Assembly (NCBI GenBank): GCA_021770655.1
Contig: JAETQO010000018.1
Span: 1,305-65,304, forward strand
Source of the DNA: Ruminococcus sp.
GTDB lineage: Bacteria; Bacillota; Clostridia; Oscillospirales; Ruminococcaceae
Direction of reading: 5' to 3'
Length of the DNA: 64,000 bases
Part shown: in pieces, positions 27,860 through 38,456 of the stretch
Layout of the letters: each line of letters opens with the position of its first letter
How positions within the stretch are numbered: position 1 is the first letter of the stretch
Notes under the pieces: model-generated
What the model was told of the DNA's origin: nothing
Databases searched by the model: none
Seen by the model: only the letters and a program-made list of their open reading frames with translations
Made by a program: the position numbers and the translations under genes

Positions 27860-29941
27860 ATGAAAAAAGAAAACAATTATACGCCCACCGATGAGATATG
27901 CGGTTTTAAGGTGCGCCCGGGATTTTATTCTATAAACGGCGCAACAGCGCTTGATCATGCGGTAAACTTTACCGTCCATTCGGCCAACGCCACGGCTTGC
28001 TCGCTTGCGCTTTTCAGACGTAAGGAAACCGAGCCGTTTGCGGTCATTCCAATTCCGACCTCTTACCGTATCGGCAATGTCTGGTCTATAATGATCTTTG
28101 ATCTGGATATATACGAGATCGAATACTGCTACAGATTGGACGGACCCTATCAGCCGGAAAAAGGATTCATTTTCGATAAAAACCGCAATGTGCTGGACCC
28201 TTATGCGAGAGCGGTGACGGGACAGAGCGTCTGGGGGAAAAAGGGCGGCGCAGATGACTGCTATCACGGAAGGATCTGCACGGACAGCTTTGACTGGGGG
28301 GATTTTCCTCAGCCGGACATTCCGTTCTCCGACCTTGTGATATATGAACTGCACGTTAGAGGCTTTACAATGGACAAGTCCTCAAAGGTCAAGCACAGAG
28401 GAACCTTTGCGGGGCTTAAAGAAAAGATACCATATCTGAAAAAGCTGGGAATAAACGCCGTTGAGCTTATGCCGATATTTGAATTTGACGAGCTGGACGG
28501 GTCGAGAACCTTTGACGGAAAACAACTGCTTAATTACTGGGGATATAACACGACCTGCTTTTTTGCGCCTAATACCAGCTATACCTCCGAAAGTGAATAC
28601 AATCATGAGGGCGATGAACTGAAAGATCTTATAAAGACCCTAAACGAAAACGGTATACAGGTCTTTCTGGACGTGGTTTTCAACCATACTTCGGAGGGCG
28701 ACGAACAAGGTCCTGCATTTTCGTTTAAAGGACTTGACAACAGCGTATATTATATGCTCACTCCCGACGGACATTATTTCAATTTCAGCGGCTGCGGCAA
28801 TACGGTAAACTGCAATCACCCCGTTGTACAGCAGTTTATCATTGATTGTCTGCGCTATTGGGTAGTGGAATACCGTGTGGACGGTTTCAGGTTCGATCTT
28901 GCTTCGATTCTCGGAAGAAACGAGGACGGTTCGCCTATGTCAAATCCGCCGCTGCTCAAAGCCCTTGCCTACGATCCGATACTAAGCGGCGTAAAGCTTA
29001 TCGCCGAGGCATGGGACGCAGGCGGACTTTATCAGGTGGGAAGCTTTCCGTCCTGGGGCAGGTGGGCGGAATGGAACGGCAAATACCGTGACGACCTGCG
29101 GTGCTTTTTAAAGGGCGACGGAGGCAAGGCGTGGCTTGCGGCTCAGAGGATAATGGGTTCGGCGGATATATACAATCCCCTGTTCAGAGGAAACAATGCG
29201 TCGGTCAATTTTTTGACCTGTCACGACGGTTTTACCCTTTACGATCTGTATTCCTATAATTACAAGCACAATGAGGAAAACGGCTGGAACAACACCGACG
29301 GAGATAACAGTTCCACCAGCTGGAACTGCGGAGTTGAGGGGGAGACGGACGACCCGGAGGTCGAGGACCTTCGCCGCAGGTTGGTGAAAAACGCATTTAC
29401 TGTGCTTATGTGCAGTCGGGGAGCGGTCATGTTCTATGCAGGCGACGAGTTCTGCAACACTCAGTACGGAAATAACAACGCCTATTGTCAAGACAGCATA
29501 GTTTCGTGGCTGGACTGGACAAGGCTGAAAAAATACGGCGAGATATATGAATATGTACGGGAGCTTATAAGATTCCGCAAAGAGCATGAGATACTGCGCA
29601 GGGATACAGCGCCCTGCTCAATGGGCTGGCCGTCTATGAGCGTACACAATTCATTTGCATGGAACGGCACATTTACGGACGACACAAGAGTGATAGGCAT
29701 AATGTTTGCGGGAGTTGACAAAGAGGGTAAAGACGATGTGGTTTTCCTTGCGGTGAACGCTTACTGGGAAAGTCAGCAGATACAGCTTCCCGAGATTCCG
29801 GAGGGAAGGGACTGGGAAGTCAAATTCAACTCGGACTTTGTTCACGGAGGAGTGACCGATTACGACCTGTTTACGCCGAGAGAGGGCAGAATGGTGACTC
29901 TTGCGCCAAGGAGCGCGGCGGTGCTTTGTCTGAGAAAGTAA
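27860..29941 (+). CDS. glgX: Glycogen debranching enzyme / isoamylase-type GH13 (GlgX-like)
   Basis: 693 aa. GH13 regions VFNHT, GFRFDLASIL, EAWD and FLTCHDGFTLYDL, plus an N-terminal CBM48-like segment. Confidence 0.8.
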   Translation: MKKENNYTPTDEICGFKVRPGFYSINGATALDHAVNFTVHSANATACSLALFRRKETEPFAVIPIPTSYRIGNVWSIMIFDLDIYEIEYCYRLDGPYQPEKGFIFDKNRNVLDPYARAVTGQSVWGKKGGADDCYHGRICTDSFDWGDFPQPDIPFSDLVIYELHVRGFTMDKSSKVKHRGTFAGLKEKIPYLKKLGINAVELMPIFEFDELDGSRTFDGKQLLNYWGYNTTCFFAPNTSYTSESEYNHEGDELKDLIKTLNENGIQVFLDVVFNHTSEGDEQGPAFSFKGLDNSVYYMLTPDGHYFNFSGCGNTVNCNHPVVQQFIIDCLRYWVVEYRVDGFRFDLASILGRNEDGSPMSNPPLLKALAYDPILSGVKLIAEAWDAGGLYQVGSFPSWGRWAEWNGKYRDDLRCFLKGDGGKAWLAAQRIMGSADIYNPLFRGNNASVNFLTCHDGFTLYDLYSYNYKHNEENGWNNTDGDNSSTSWNCGVEGETDDPEVEDLRRRLVKNAFTVLMCSRGAVMFYAGDEFCNTQYGNNNAYCQDSIVSWLDWTRLKKYGEIYEYVRELIRFRKEHEILRRDTAPCSMGWPSMSVHNSFAWNGTFTDDTRVIGIMFAGVDKEGKDDVVFLAVNAYWESQQIQLPEIPEGRDWEVKFNSDFVHGGVTDYDLFTPREGRMVTLAPRSAAVLCLRK

Positions 29942-30119
29942 ACGCACGTGAATCGATATAATTTGAGCGAAGGAATAGATATTTTTGTCTTTTTCCGCCT
30001 TACGGAGTGGAAGGACTACTTAACGTTCTGATTTTGCGAAGTAAACGGAGGGTAGATTGACATACCGCGTAAGCCGATATATAATTGACATAGTCCGATA
30101 AGAAGAGGAGGTTATTACA

Positions 30120-30707
30120 ATGCTGGATTGCCGAAAAACAGGAGAGCTTATTTACAGGCTCAGAAAAGAAAAGGGTATGACTCAGCTTCAGCTTGCAGAA
30201 AAACTTCACGTAAGCGATAAGGCGGTATCCAAGTGGGAGCGGGGTTTGGGCTGTCCCGACGTTTCCCTGTTAAGCGATTTGTCGGAAACGCTGGGAGTAA
30301 ACGTGGAGAGGCTTCTTGACGGAAACATGGATATTAATCAGGAGGACGCAGGAAATATGAATAAGATAAAATTTTATGTGTGCGAGGACTGCAAAAGCGT
30401 TTTTACGGCTACGGGAGCGGGAGAGATCTCATGCTGTGGGAAAAAGCTCAGTCCGCTTGCAGCAAAGGACGCGGACGACGCGCACAAGCTTTCCATTGAA
30501 GAAGTGGAGGACGAATTTTATGTGACTGCAGATCACGAAATGACAAAGGAGCATTACATTGCTTTTATAGCTTATGTGACTTATGACAGGGTAAATCTGG
30601 TGAAAACTTATCCCGAACAGGATCTTGCGGTGAGATTTCCACAGGCGCAGGGCGGATATTACTATTATTACTGCACAGGCGACGGGCTGTACAGAATGAA
30701 AGGGTAA
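30120..30707 (+). CDS. XRE-family HTH fused to a desulfoferrodoxin-like (Dx + SOR) module
   Basis: N-terminus GMTQLQLAEKLHVSDKAVSKWERG is XRE-type. Next comes CEDC-x13-CC (desulforedoxin-type centre I). Then AHKLSIEE, DHEMTKEHYIAFIAY and YYCTGD align with the centre II ligand blocks of 2Fe-SOR. Confidence 0.65.
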   Translation: MLDCRKTGELIYRLRKEKGMTQLQLAEKLHVSDKAVSKWERGLGCPDVSLLSDLSETLGVNVERLLDGNMDINQEDAGNMNKIKFYVCEDCKSVFTATGAGEISCCGKKLSPLAAKDADDAHKLSIEEVEDEFYVTADHEMTKEHYIAFIAYVTYDRVNLVKTYPEQDLAVRFPQAQGGYYYYYCTGDGLYRMKG

Positions 30708-30734
30708 TGCAAAATATTTTTATATAGAGATAAG

Positions 30735-30768
30735 CGGCACAGTGACAGACACTGTGCCGGCTTTTTTG
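30735..30768 (+). terminator. Intrinsic terminator after the HTH-Dfx gene
   Basis: 10-bp stem CGGCACAGTG/CACTGTGCCG, then GCTTTTTTG. Confidence 0.8.
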
Positions 30769-31192
30769 TTGATTGCTTTAGCGTAACAAAACCGCCGGTT
30801 CAAGCCACCATGATTCATCAGATAAATGTGCTATAGATTAAGCTTTGTGAAATTATCTTTAATTGACAACTCGTTGCATTCAGATTATGTTTGGAGTAAG
30901 TCCAGTATACAGATGAGCAGATCAAGAAATACAAACCGAAGATGATTTTGATTACAAACGCATTGGTATAATCATCTTTGGGAAACTCTGGATAGGTCTA
31001 TTTGAATTATGAGAGATGACAGTATATTGTCTTATATTTTAAAAATATGTAAAATAATGTATGTGTTTTTATGTAATAAATTAGAGTAATTTCATCTTAT
31101 CAGCTATTAAAAAATTTAATATTAAAAATTATTTATTAAGTTAATAGTGTTTTACCGTGGGCTATTAAGTTTTGATTACTTGAATTTTTGAG

Positions 31193-31954
31193 GTGAATAA
31201 TTTGAGTGAAATAAATACAACATCGGTCATTGATATTGAAAAGAACCAGACAAATGAAGTTGTTAATATGGAATATGAATCAGTGTGCGTAAAAACAAGT
31301 TTGGTATACCGTGTTGTAAAACGTATATTTGATTTTTTGTTTTCTTTTTGTGCAAGTATAATATTGTTTGTTCCCATGATAATAATAATGTTGATGATAA
31401 TGATAAAAGATAGTGGGACACCTTTTTATATTCAAAAGCGTGTGGGAAAAAACGGTAAAGTGATAGGAGTTTTTAAGTTTCGGAGTATGAAGAAGGGAGC
31501 AGATAATCTGGAAAAAATGCTCAATCCGGAACAGCTTGAAGAGTACAGGCGAGAGTACAAGCTAAAAGATGACCCCAGGTTAATAGGATATAAAAATCCA
31601 GGTGACGGTGATAAATGTTTTGGAGCAAGAATTCGTTCATTGAGTCTTGATGAACTGCCGCAGATATTATTTAATGTTTGTATTTTGGGCAATATGTCAT
31701 TGGTCGGTCCGCGACCATTGCTTGAAGAAGAAATTAAGAAGAATTATACAATTGAAGAGCAGGTTTTATTTAAATCTGTAAAACCTGGGCTTACAGGTTA
31801 TTGGCAAGCATATGCTAGAAACAATGCTACATATGAGAGCGGTGAACGGCAGAAAATGGAAATGTATTATATAAAAAACAAGTCATTATGGCTTGATTTG
31901 AAGATCCTTTTTAAGACAGTCGAAACCGTGTTAAAAAAGAATGGTGCAATGTAA
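31193..31954 (+). CDS. Undecaprenyl-phosphate sugar phosphotransferase (bacterial sugar transferase family), initiating enzyme
   Basis: TM helix followed by PFYIQKRVGKNGKVIGVFKFRSM...SLDELPQILFNV..GNMSLVGPRP, the signature of the WbaP/EpsL C-terminal domain. Confidence 0.85.
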   Translation: MNNLSEINTTSVIDIEKNQTNEVVNMEYESVCVKTSLVYRVVKRIFDFLFSFCASIILFVPMIIIMLMIMIKDSGTPFYIQKRVGKNGKVIGVFKFRSMKKGADNLEKMLNPEQLEEYRREYKLKDDPRLIGYKNPGDGDKCFGARIRSLSLDELPQILFNVCILGNMSLVGPRPLLEEEIKKNYTIEEQVLFKSVKPGLTGYWQAYARNNATYESGERQKMEMYYIKNKSLWLDLKILFKTVETVLKKNGAM

Positions 31955-32004
31955 TATTGTAGATATTTTACTATTAAGATATTATTAACTGGAGGGGTTG
32001 TAAA

Positions 32005-32937
32005 ATGAATCCAGCAATTAGTCTTATAATTCCGACATTAAATGCTGAAAAGTATATTAAGTCATTATTAGACAGACTGTTTTCCCAGACTATTGTTCCA
32101 ACTGAAGTTATTGTTATAGATTCACAATCTGATGACAGAACAGTTGAATTGTGTCGAGAATATGATAGGGTAAAAGTGATTGAGATTCAAAGAGAAGATT
32201 TTGATCATGGAGGAACGAGACATATTGGATTTAAAGAAGCTAAAGGCGATATTTGTCTTGTTATGTCTCAGGATGTACTTCCTAAAGATAATTATTATAT
32301 TCAGAATTTGATTAAAGCTTTTGATACGGATGGAGTGGTTATGGCAACAGGAAGGCAGATTCCATATCCTGATTCACCATTAACGGAAAAAATAACAAGA
32401 GAATTTAATTATCCTGATTTTGATATAATAAAAGATAGGTCTAGTGCTGAGAAGTTAGGAATAAAAACATATTTCTTTTCTGATGTTTGTTCAGCATACA
32501 TAAAAAGTAAATATTTTGCTTTAGGCGGGTATGATACTCCATCTTTAATATGTAATGATATGATTATGGCAGCTAAAGCAATTAATGCCGGATATAAGAC
32601 AGCATATATAAGCAGTGCTCAAGTTTACCATTCACATAAGTATACATTAAAGCAACAATATAAAAGAAATTTTGATGTTTCGGCAGATATGGCTATTAAT
32701 AATAAATATTTTTCTGATGTATCTGATACATCAGAAGGATTAAAAATGGTAAGGTATGTTTTAAAAAGGCTTTTGAGTGGACTTCATTTTATTACTGCTT
32801 TTTATTATTGTATTGAATGTGCTGCAAAATTTTTGGGTAATAGAGCCGGAAAAAAATACGATAGAATGAATAAAAAACAGATACTAAAGAGAACAATGAA
32901 CAAGAGTTATTGGAAAAGAACAAAGTACGTTTCATGA
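32005..32937 (+). CDS. Family 2 glycosyltransferase
   Basis: ISLIIPTLNAEKYI...VIVIDSQSDDRT is a GT-A N-terminus with a DxD-like motif. Confidence 0.8.
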   Translation: MNPAISLIIPTLNAEKYIKSLLDRLFSQTIVPTEVIVIDSQSDDRTVELCREYDRVKVIEIQREDFDHGGTRHIGFKEAKGDICLVMSQDVLPKDNYYIQNLIKAFDTDGVVMATGRQIPYPDSPLTEKITREFNYPDFDIIKDRSSAEKLGIKTYFFSDVCSAYIKSKYFALGGYDTPSLICNDMIMAAKAINAGYKTAYISSAQVYHSHKYTLKQQYKRNFDVSADMAINNKYFSDVSDTSEGLKMVRYVLKRLLSGLHFITAFYYCIECAAKFLGNRAGKKYDRMNKKQILKRTMNKSYWKRTKYVS

Positions 32938-32965
32938 TTCTTATTGAGTTAGGGGCTAATTTTTT

Positions 32966-33793
32966 GTGAGTTATAATGATTTACAGCAAATACATGAAAT
33001 TGATATAAAAATCATAAAGGAATTTGTGCGTATATGTGAACAATATGGATTGGAATATTCAATTATAGACGGAACCATGCTTGGTGCAGTCAGACACAAA
33101 GGCTTTATTCCATGGGACGATGATGTGGATATTGCTATGCCAAGACAGTCTTATAAAAAATTTGTAAAGTTGGCGAGCAAGGAATTGCCAAGTAATATGT
33201 CAATAGAATATTTTGGTGATAAAAATAATTCTGAAAAAGATATTTCATATATTACCAGAATATATTGCAGCGATTTAAAAGTTAAATTGAATATAAATCA
33301 ATTATCTAAGGAACAGGGCGTATGGATAGATATTATGCAACTTGATGGTATGCCTAAAAATAATATTAAATATACTATCCATAAGTATAGATTGTTATTT
33401 CTTAAAGCCGTAACCAAAATGTCTCAGCCGGAAACGATTGGTACACATATAAAAGATAGACCATTGATTGATAGAATTTTTATCTGGGCGGGAAAAAATA
33501 TTGGTATTTTCAAGAAGATAAATACCAAGAAAATGTATTATAAATTAGATACATTGTTATGCAAATACAAAATCAATAAAGAAAATAATTTAGGTATATT
33601 TATTAGTGATTATCGATTTAGGGAAACCGTACCCTATGATTGGTATTTTCCATTAAAAAAATATAAATTTGAAGATATTGAGGTTTGGGGACCTAATAAA
33701 GCAGATGAGATATTAAGGCACTTGTATGGTGATTATAACAAACTCCCGCCATTGGAAGAAAGAAATAAGCACAACATTATTATTGTAAAATAA
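32966..33793 (+). CDS. LicD-family phospho(no)transferase, copy 1
   Basis: IIDGTMLGAVRHKGFIPWDDDVDIAMPR matches the LicD signature. Confidence 0.8.
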   Translation: MSYNDLQQIHEIDIKIIKEFVRICEQYGLEYSIIDGTMLGAVRHKGFIPWDDDVDIAMPRQSYKKFVKLASKELPSNMSIEYFGDKNNSEKDISYITRIYCSDLKVKLNINQLSKEQGVWIDIMQLDGMPKNNIKYTIHKYRLLFLKAVTKMSQPETIGTHIKDRPLIDRIFIWAGKNIGIFKKINTKKMYYKLDTLLCKYKINKENNLGIFISDYRFRETVPYDWYFPLKKYKFEDIEVWGPNKADEILRHLYGDYNKLPPLEERNKHNIIIVK

Positions 33794-33808
33794 CAGGAGT
33801 GTTTGTTG

Positions 33809-34639
33809 ATGTATAATGAATTACAGAAGATTCAGGATATAGAATTAAATATACTTAAAGAGATAGATCGTATTTGTTCTGAATGTGGTATTAAATATTT
33901 TTTATCTAGTGGTACGTTGCTTGGTGCTGTTAGGCATCATGGCTTTATTCCTTGGGACGATGATATAGATATTATGCTGACCAGAAGTGATTATGAGAGA
34001 TTTATCAAAGAGATTCCTAAGAAACTTCCTGAACATTTGAAGTTGTTGCATTTCTCTGTCGGAAATACGGAAGATGATCAAAACTTATTGATTAAAATTA
34101 TAGATACTAGATATCCATGTAAAAGATATTCATATTCGGAAGTGAATACTTGTGTTTGGATTGATGTATTTGCTCTTGATGCGGTTCCTGACAACGTATT
34201 TTTTAGACAAGCTTTTTTTTTCAGATTGAATATAACTACAGCTTTGAGATCATTTAAAAGATGGGAAAATTATGACGAAAATTATAAGTCTAAATCAAAG
34301 TTGAAACAAATTCTTATTACTTTAAATCGCAAATGTAAATTTTCAAAGTTAATAAATATTGATAAGATCTTAAGACGGCAGGATAAAATTTTAAAAGATG
34401 TTGGTAAATATAAGCATAAAAATGTAATGAATTATATGGGCGAATATAAATACAAAGAAACCTTTCCTGAAAAATGGTTGGGAACTGGTAAAAGAGTGCC
34501 GTTTGAAAAATGTAATTTCTTGATTCCTACTAATTCCCATGGTTACTTATCTGTTTTGTATGGAGATTATATGAAGTATCCACCTGTAGAACAACAAGTA
34601 TGTAAGCATGGATTATATTTATATAAGCAAATTAATTAA
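33809..34639 (+). CDS. LicD-family phospho(no)transferase, copy 2
   Basis: LSSGTLLGAVRHHGFIPWDDDIDIML. The ATG at 33809 follows AGGAG by 9 nt. Confidence 0.8.
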   Translation: MYNELQKIQDIELNILKEIDRICSECGIKYFLSSGTLLGAVRHHGFIPWDDDIDIMLTRSDYERFIKEIPKKLPEHLKLLHFSVGNTEDDQNLLIKIIDTRYPCKRYSYSEVNTCVWIDVFALDAVPDNVFFRQAFFFRLNITTALRSFKRWENYDENYKSKSKLKQILITLNRKCKFSKLINIDKILRRQDKILKDVGKYKHKNVMNYMGEYKYKETFPEKWLGTGKRVPFEKCNFLIPTNSHGYLSVLYGDYMKYPPVEQQVCKHGLYLYKQIN

Positions 34640-34704
34640 TTTGCAAATTTAATAAGTTATAAGCATTTTCTTTAGTCATATTTATTAGGAGTATTGTAAT
34701 TAAT

Positions 34705-35946
34705 ATGTATATGTCTTATAAAAAGAAAAATACAGAGTTAATTCAAGTAATTCTGTGTTTTTTTGCTTCTTTATTTTTATTAGAACCAACATGCTTGCCA
34801 TATGTTACAAGTATTGAAAAGTTTTACAATGTTATTTCTATTGCGGTATGTGCAGCAATACTATTATTATATTTATGGTATAATAAAATAAGCCGAATTA
34901 TTCTTTTAATCTCAATATATTATTTTTATCAAATAGCAATGACATGGTATAATTCGGGAAATCTAAAAGGTATATTGTTACTTTCAATTAAATTTATAGC
35001 GATTTGTATGTTTATTGAAATCGGTCTAAATTTAAAAAACAAATTCATAGTAATTAATTCGTTGATGACAGTATTGGAAATATATATTTATATTAATTTA
35101 TTAACTATTTTAATTTATCCTAACGGGATGTACGTTACTGTTTCAACGGATAATGCCAATAATTGGTTCTTAGGCTATAAGAATCAAATGATAAATTTTA
35201 TACTTCCTGCAATTGGGTTGTGCTTATTTAATTATTATTGTAATGATAAATTTGCTTATAAAAAATTAAGAACAGGTTGTATTCTTGTTTGTGGATGCCT
35301 TACAACAATATTGATGTGGTCAGGAGCATCGCTTGTTCTATTGGCAATCTTGATAGTATATGTTCTGTTAGCAAAAAAATTACCTACAAAAATATTTAAT
35401 TTTAGAAACTTTCTGATTGTAAATATTATATTAACAGTATCAATAGTTTTATTCAGAATACAAAATATTTTTTCATTTTTAATAGTGGATATTCTTCATA
35501 AGGATATAACATTGACAGGAAGAATCTATATATGGGATAAAGTTCTTAAATATATATATGAAAGACCGTTGGTTGGTTATGGTGTTGAAAGCTATAGCTA
35601 TCGATGTATAAAAATGAGGAGTATAGCTCCACTGACATACTATGATTATTATGGAGCACTTCATGGACACTGTAGATTTTTAGAAGTGATGTATAGAGGC
35701 GGAATAATTTTGCTGATAATATATTTGCTTATTTTAATATATTCGTGTAGGGATTTAATGCGTCATAAAAATAGTATGCAAGCTAAAATTATTTCAATTA
35801 CCATTTTTGCATATTTGACCGGAATGATAACAGAATGGTATGATTATTCACCAATGTTTTTTGCCTTGTTAGTTCTTGGATATAATATCCAAAGGTTTTT
35901 AAATGAAAGTTCAAAATCCAAGGAAGTGACAGAAAGGGTAAGTTAG
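34705..35946 (+). CDS. Wzy-type polymerase / O-antigen ligase-family membrane protein
   Basis: 413 aa with ten or more hydrophobic segments and a large loop with RIYIWDKVLKYIYERPLVGYGVES. Confidence 0.7.
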   Translation: MYMSYKKKNTELIQVILCFFASLFLLEPTCLPYVTSIEKFYNVISIAVCAAILLLYLWYNKISRIILLISIYYFYQIAMTWYNSGNLKGILLLSIKFIAICMFIEIGLNLKNKFIVINSLMTVLEIYIYINLLTILIYPNGMYVTVSTDNANNWFLGYKNQMINFILPAIGLCLFNYYCNDKFAYKKLRTGCILVCGCLTTILMWSGASLVLLAILIVYVLLAKKLPTKIFNFRNFLIVNIILTVSIVLFRIQNIFSFLIVDILHKDITLTGRIYIWDKVLKYIYERPLVGYGVESYSYRCIKMRSIAPLTYYDYYGALHGHCRFLEVMYRGGIILLIIYLLILIYSCRDLMRHKNSMQAKIISITIFAYLTGMITEWYDYSPMFFALLVLGYNIQRFLNESSKSKEVTERVS

Positions 35947-37347
35947 ATGAACTTTATAAAAAAATTATTGATTTATTTTATAGGTAATGTATTTAATAAA
36001 CTGATTGTATTTTTTCTTTTACCTATTTATACATCAAATCTTTCTCCAAGTGCATATGGAGATGCTGATTTATCACTTACAACAGTTACCATGTTGGTTT
36101 CCCTTCTATTTATGGAGGTTTGGACACCGTTACTAAGATTTTCTTATGACAGCGAAAAAAGAAATGACAAAATAAAAGTATTTAACAATGTAATAATTGT
36201 TGTATGCATATGTATGCCAATTTATTTTGTTGGATGTTTGATAATTGGAAAATGGCAAAATCTCCCTCATTTGACGTGGATGATAGTATATGGATTATCC
36301 ATACTTATTTTGCACATATACCAGTTTGAAGTCAGAGCGGTTGGTAACAGCAAAGACTTTATGCTGTCTGGAATGATTTCTTCTATTGCACAGTTAGTTA
36401 TTAGCTTTATTGCTATTTATTTATTTAAAGCTAATTCTGAGGTAATACTTTTGGCCCCGGCAATCTCAAATATTATCGCTTCAATTTATCTTGAATTTAA
36501 GTATAAATTTATTTCACAGATAAAAAAATCATATTATTCGTTTGAAATGGTCAGCAGTATCATAAAATACGCTTTTCCATTGGCAATAAATGCAGTAGCG
36601 TTTTGGGCAATGACTAATATAAACAGATATTTTTCCAGAGCATATCTTGGATCTGCGGCAAATGGATATATTGCGGTTGCTACAAAATTTATAGCTCTTA
36701 TTAATACGATTGTTCAAATATATTCCTTGGCATGGCAGGAGAGTGCTTATGAACATTGCAATAGTCAGCAGCGATCAAATTATTATAGTAAAATGTTGAC
36801 AATTTATCTTGATGTTATGTCAGTGGGAACATGTATTGCTATAGTAGCAACTAATGTACTTTTCCCGTATATTATATCTGATGTGTCTTATGAAAAAACG
36901 CAATTAATCTTACCAATTTATTATATTTCTGCGTTTGCAAGTGCTATAAGTAATTTTTATGGACATATTTATAATGCATTAAAGAAAACCAATATTTTGC
37001 TTTTCTCGACTATTGGTGGTGCTGTGGTTAATATTGCTCTGCTGTATATCACTATAAATAAATTCGGAATATATTCAATTCCAATTTCGCTTATTGCGGG
37101 ATATAGTGTAAATGTCTTTATGCGTATTGTGAATATAAGTGAACATGTAAAAATCAAGTTAAACTATACGCATATTATTATTAATGCCTTGAGTATTGTA
37201 ATGCCATGTTTAATTGTTTATTTAAATTGTAATTATATTATCAAACTTATTGTTTTTATTCTTAGTTTAGGAAGTCTTATATACTGTTATAGAAAAGATT
37301 TAGGCACATTACTACATAAAATTAAAAAGGGAGTTGTCAGAAAATGA
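35947..37347 (+). CDS. Wzx-type flippase (MOP/PST family)
   Basis: 466 aa polytopic membrane protein. Position and size are typical of Wzx. Confidence 0.7.
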   Translation: MNFIKKLLIYFIGNVFNKLIVFFLLPIYTSNLSPSAYGDADLSLTTVTMLVSLLFMEVWTPLLRFSYDSEKRNDKIKVFNNVIIVVCICMPIYFVGCLIIGKWQNLPHLTWMIVYGLSILILHIYQFEVRAVGNSKDFMLSGMISSIAQLVISFIAIYLFKANSEVILLAPAISNIIASIYLEFKYKFISQIKKSYYSFEMVSSIIKYAFPLAINAVAFWAMTNINRYFSRAYLGSAANGYIAVATKFIALINTIVQIYSLAWQESAYEHCNSQQRSNYYSKMLTIYLDVMSVGTCIAIVATNVLFPYIISDVSYEKTQLILPIYYISAFASAISNFYGHIYNALKKTNILLFSTIGGAVVNIALLYITINKFGIYSIPISLIAGYSVNVFMRIVNISEHVKIKLNYTHIIINALSIVMPCLIVYLNCNYIIKLIVFILSLGSLIYCYRKDLGTLLHKIKKGVVRK

Positions 37348-38456
37348 ACGTAGATAAACTTATGTTGGGCGATTTTTATACCGGTGTTCCAGATTCACAA
37401 TTAAAACCATTATGTAATTGTCTTATGAATACTTATGGTATATCTGCAAAGCATATAATTGCTGCAAATGAGGGTAATTGTACAGCTATTGCTGCTGGTT
37501 ATTATCTGGCGACAGGAAAGGTTCCGGTCGTATATATGCAGAATAGTGGAATAGGAAATATTGTGAATCCGGTAGCATCACTTTTGAATGACAAGGTTTA
37601 TGGAATTCCATGTATTTTTATTGTAGGCTGGAGAGGTGAGCCTGGCGTACATGATGAACCGCAGCATATCTTTCAAGGTGAAATCACTATTAAATTGCTT
37701 GAGGATATTGGAATACATACGTTTATAATAGATAAAGATACCACCGAGGAGCAGATTCAAGAAGAAGTAAAAAGTAATGAGTCTATTTTGGCTAGCGGAA
37801 AAAGTGTAGCATTTGTTGTCAGAAAAGGTGCTATAAGCTATGATGAGAAAATTGAATATAAAAATGATAATACTATGTCTCGCGAAGATATTATCAAGCA
37901 CATAACATCAGTTACTAAAGATGATGTTATAGTTTCTACTACTGGTAAAGCGTCCAGGGAATTGTTTGAAATAAGGGAATCTCAAAATCAGACCCATCAG
38001 TATGATTTTCTCACAGTAGGTTCAATGGGGCATAGTTCATCGATTGCATTGGGTATTGCACTTCAAAAGCCTAATACAAAGGTTTGGTGTATTGACGGAG
38101 ATGGAGCTTTATTAATGCATATGGGAGCAATGGCGGTTATAGGTACTAACCGACCAGGAAATTTGATTCATATAGTTATTAATAACGGCGTTCATGAAAC
38201 TGTTGGAGGAATGCCAACTGTTGCTGGAGATATAGACATTGTAAAAATTGCAGAGGGTTGTGGATATCCTAACGCAGTATCAGTCGATAGTTTTGAAAAA
38301 CTTGATAAAGTATTAATTGAAGCAAAATCACAAAATGAACTTACATTAATCGAAGTAAAGTGTGCGATTGGTTCAAGAGATAATCTTGGCAGACCAACTA
38401 CAACGGCTCACGAAAATAAAGAAAACTTTATGAAGTATTTGGAGGTCCTTGAATAG
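37344..38456 (+). CDS. Phosphonopyruvate decarboxylase (ThDP-dependent; AepY/Fom2-like)
   Basis: DFYTGVPDSQLKPL...NEGNCTAIAAGYYLATGK...GSMGHSSSIALGIA...DGDGALLMHMG are ThDP-binding motifs. About 370 aa. Confidence 0.8.
   Translation: MNVDKLMLGDFYTGVPDSQLKPLCNCLMNTYGISAKHIIAANEGNCTAIAAGYYLATGKVPVVYMQNSGIGNIVNPVASLLNDKVYGIPCIFIVGWRGEPGVHDEPQHIFQGEITIKLLEDIGIHTFIIDKDTTEEQIQEEVKSNESILASGKSVAFVVRKGAISYDEKIEYKNDNTMSREDIIKHITSVTKDDVIVSTTGKASRELFEIRESQNQTHQYDFLTVGSMGHSSSIALGIALQKPNTKVWCIDGDGALLMHMGAMAVIGTNRPGNLIHIVINNGVHETVGGMPTVAGDIDIVKIAEGCGYPNAVSVDSFEKLDKVLIEAKSQNELTLIEVKCAIGSRDNLGRPTTTAHENKENFMKYLEVLE

Noticed and set aside
27839-28354. 171-aa minus-strand ORF, and other antisense ORFs within glgX.
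   Set aside because: They are antisense to a strongly supported GH13 gene and have no motif content.
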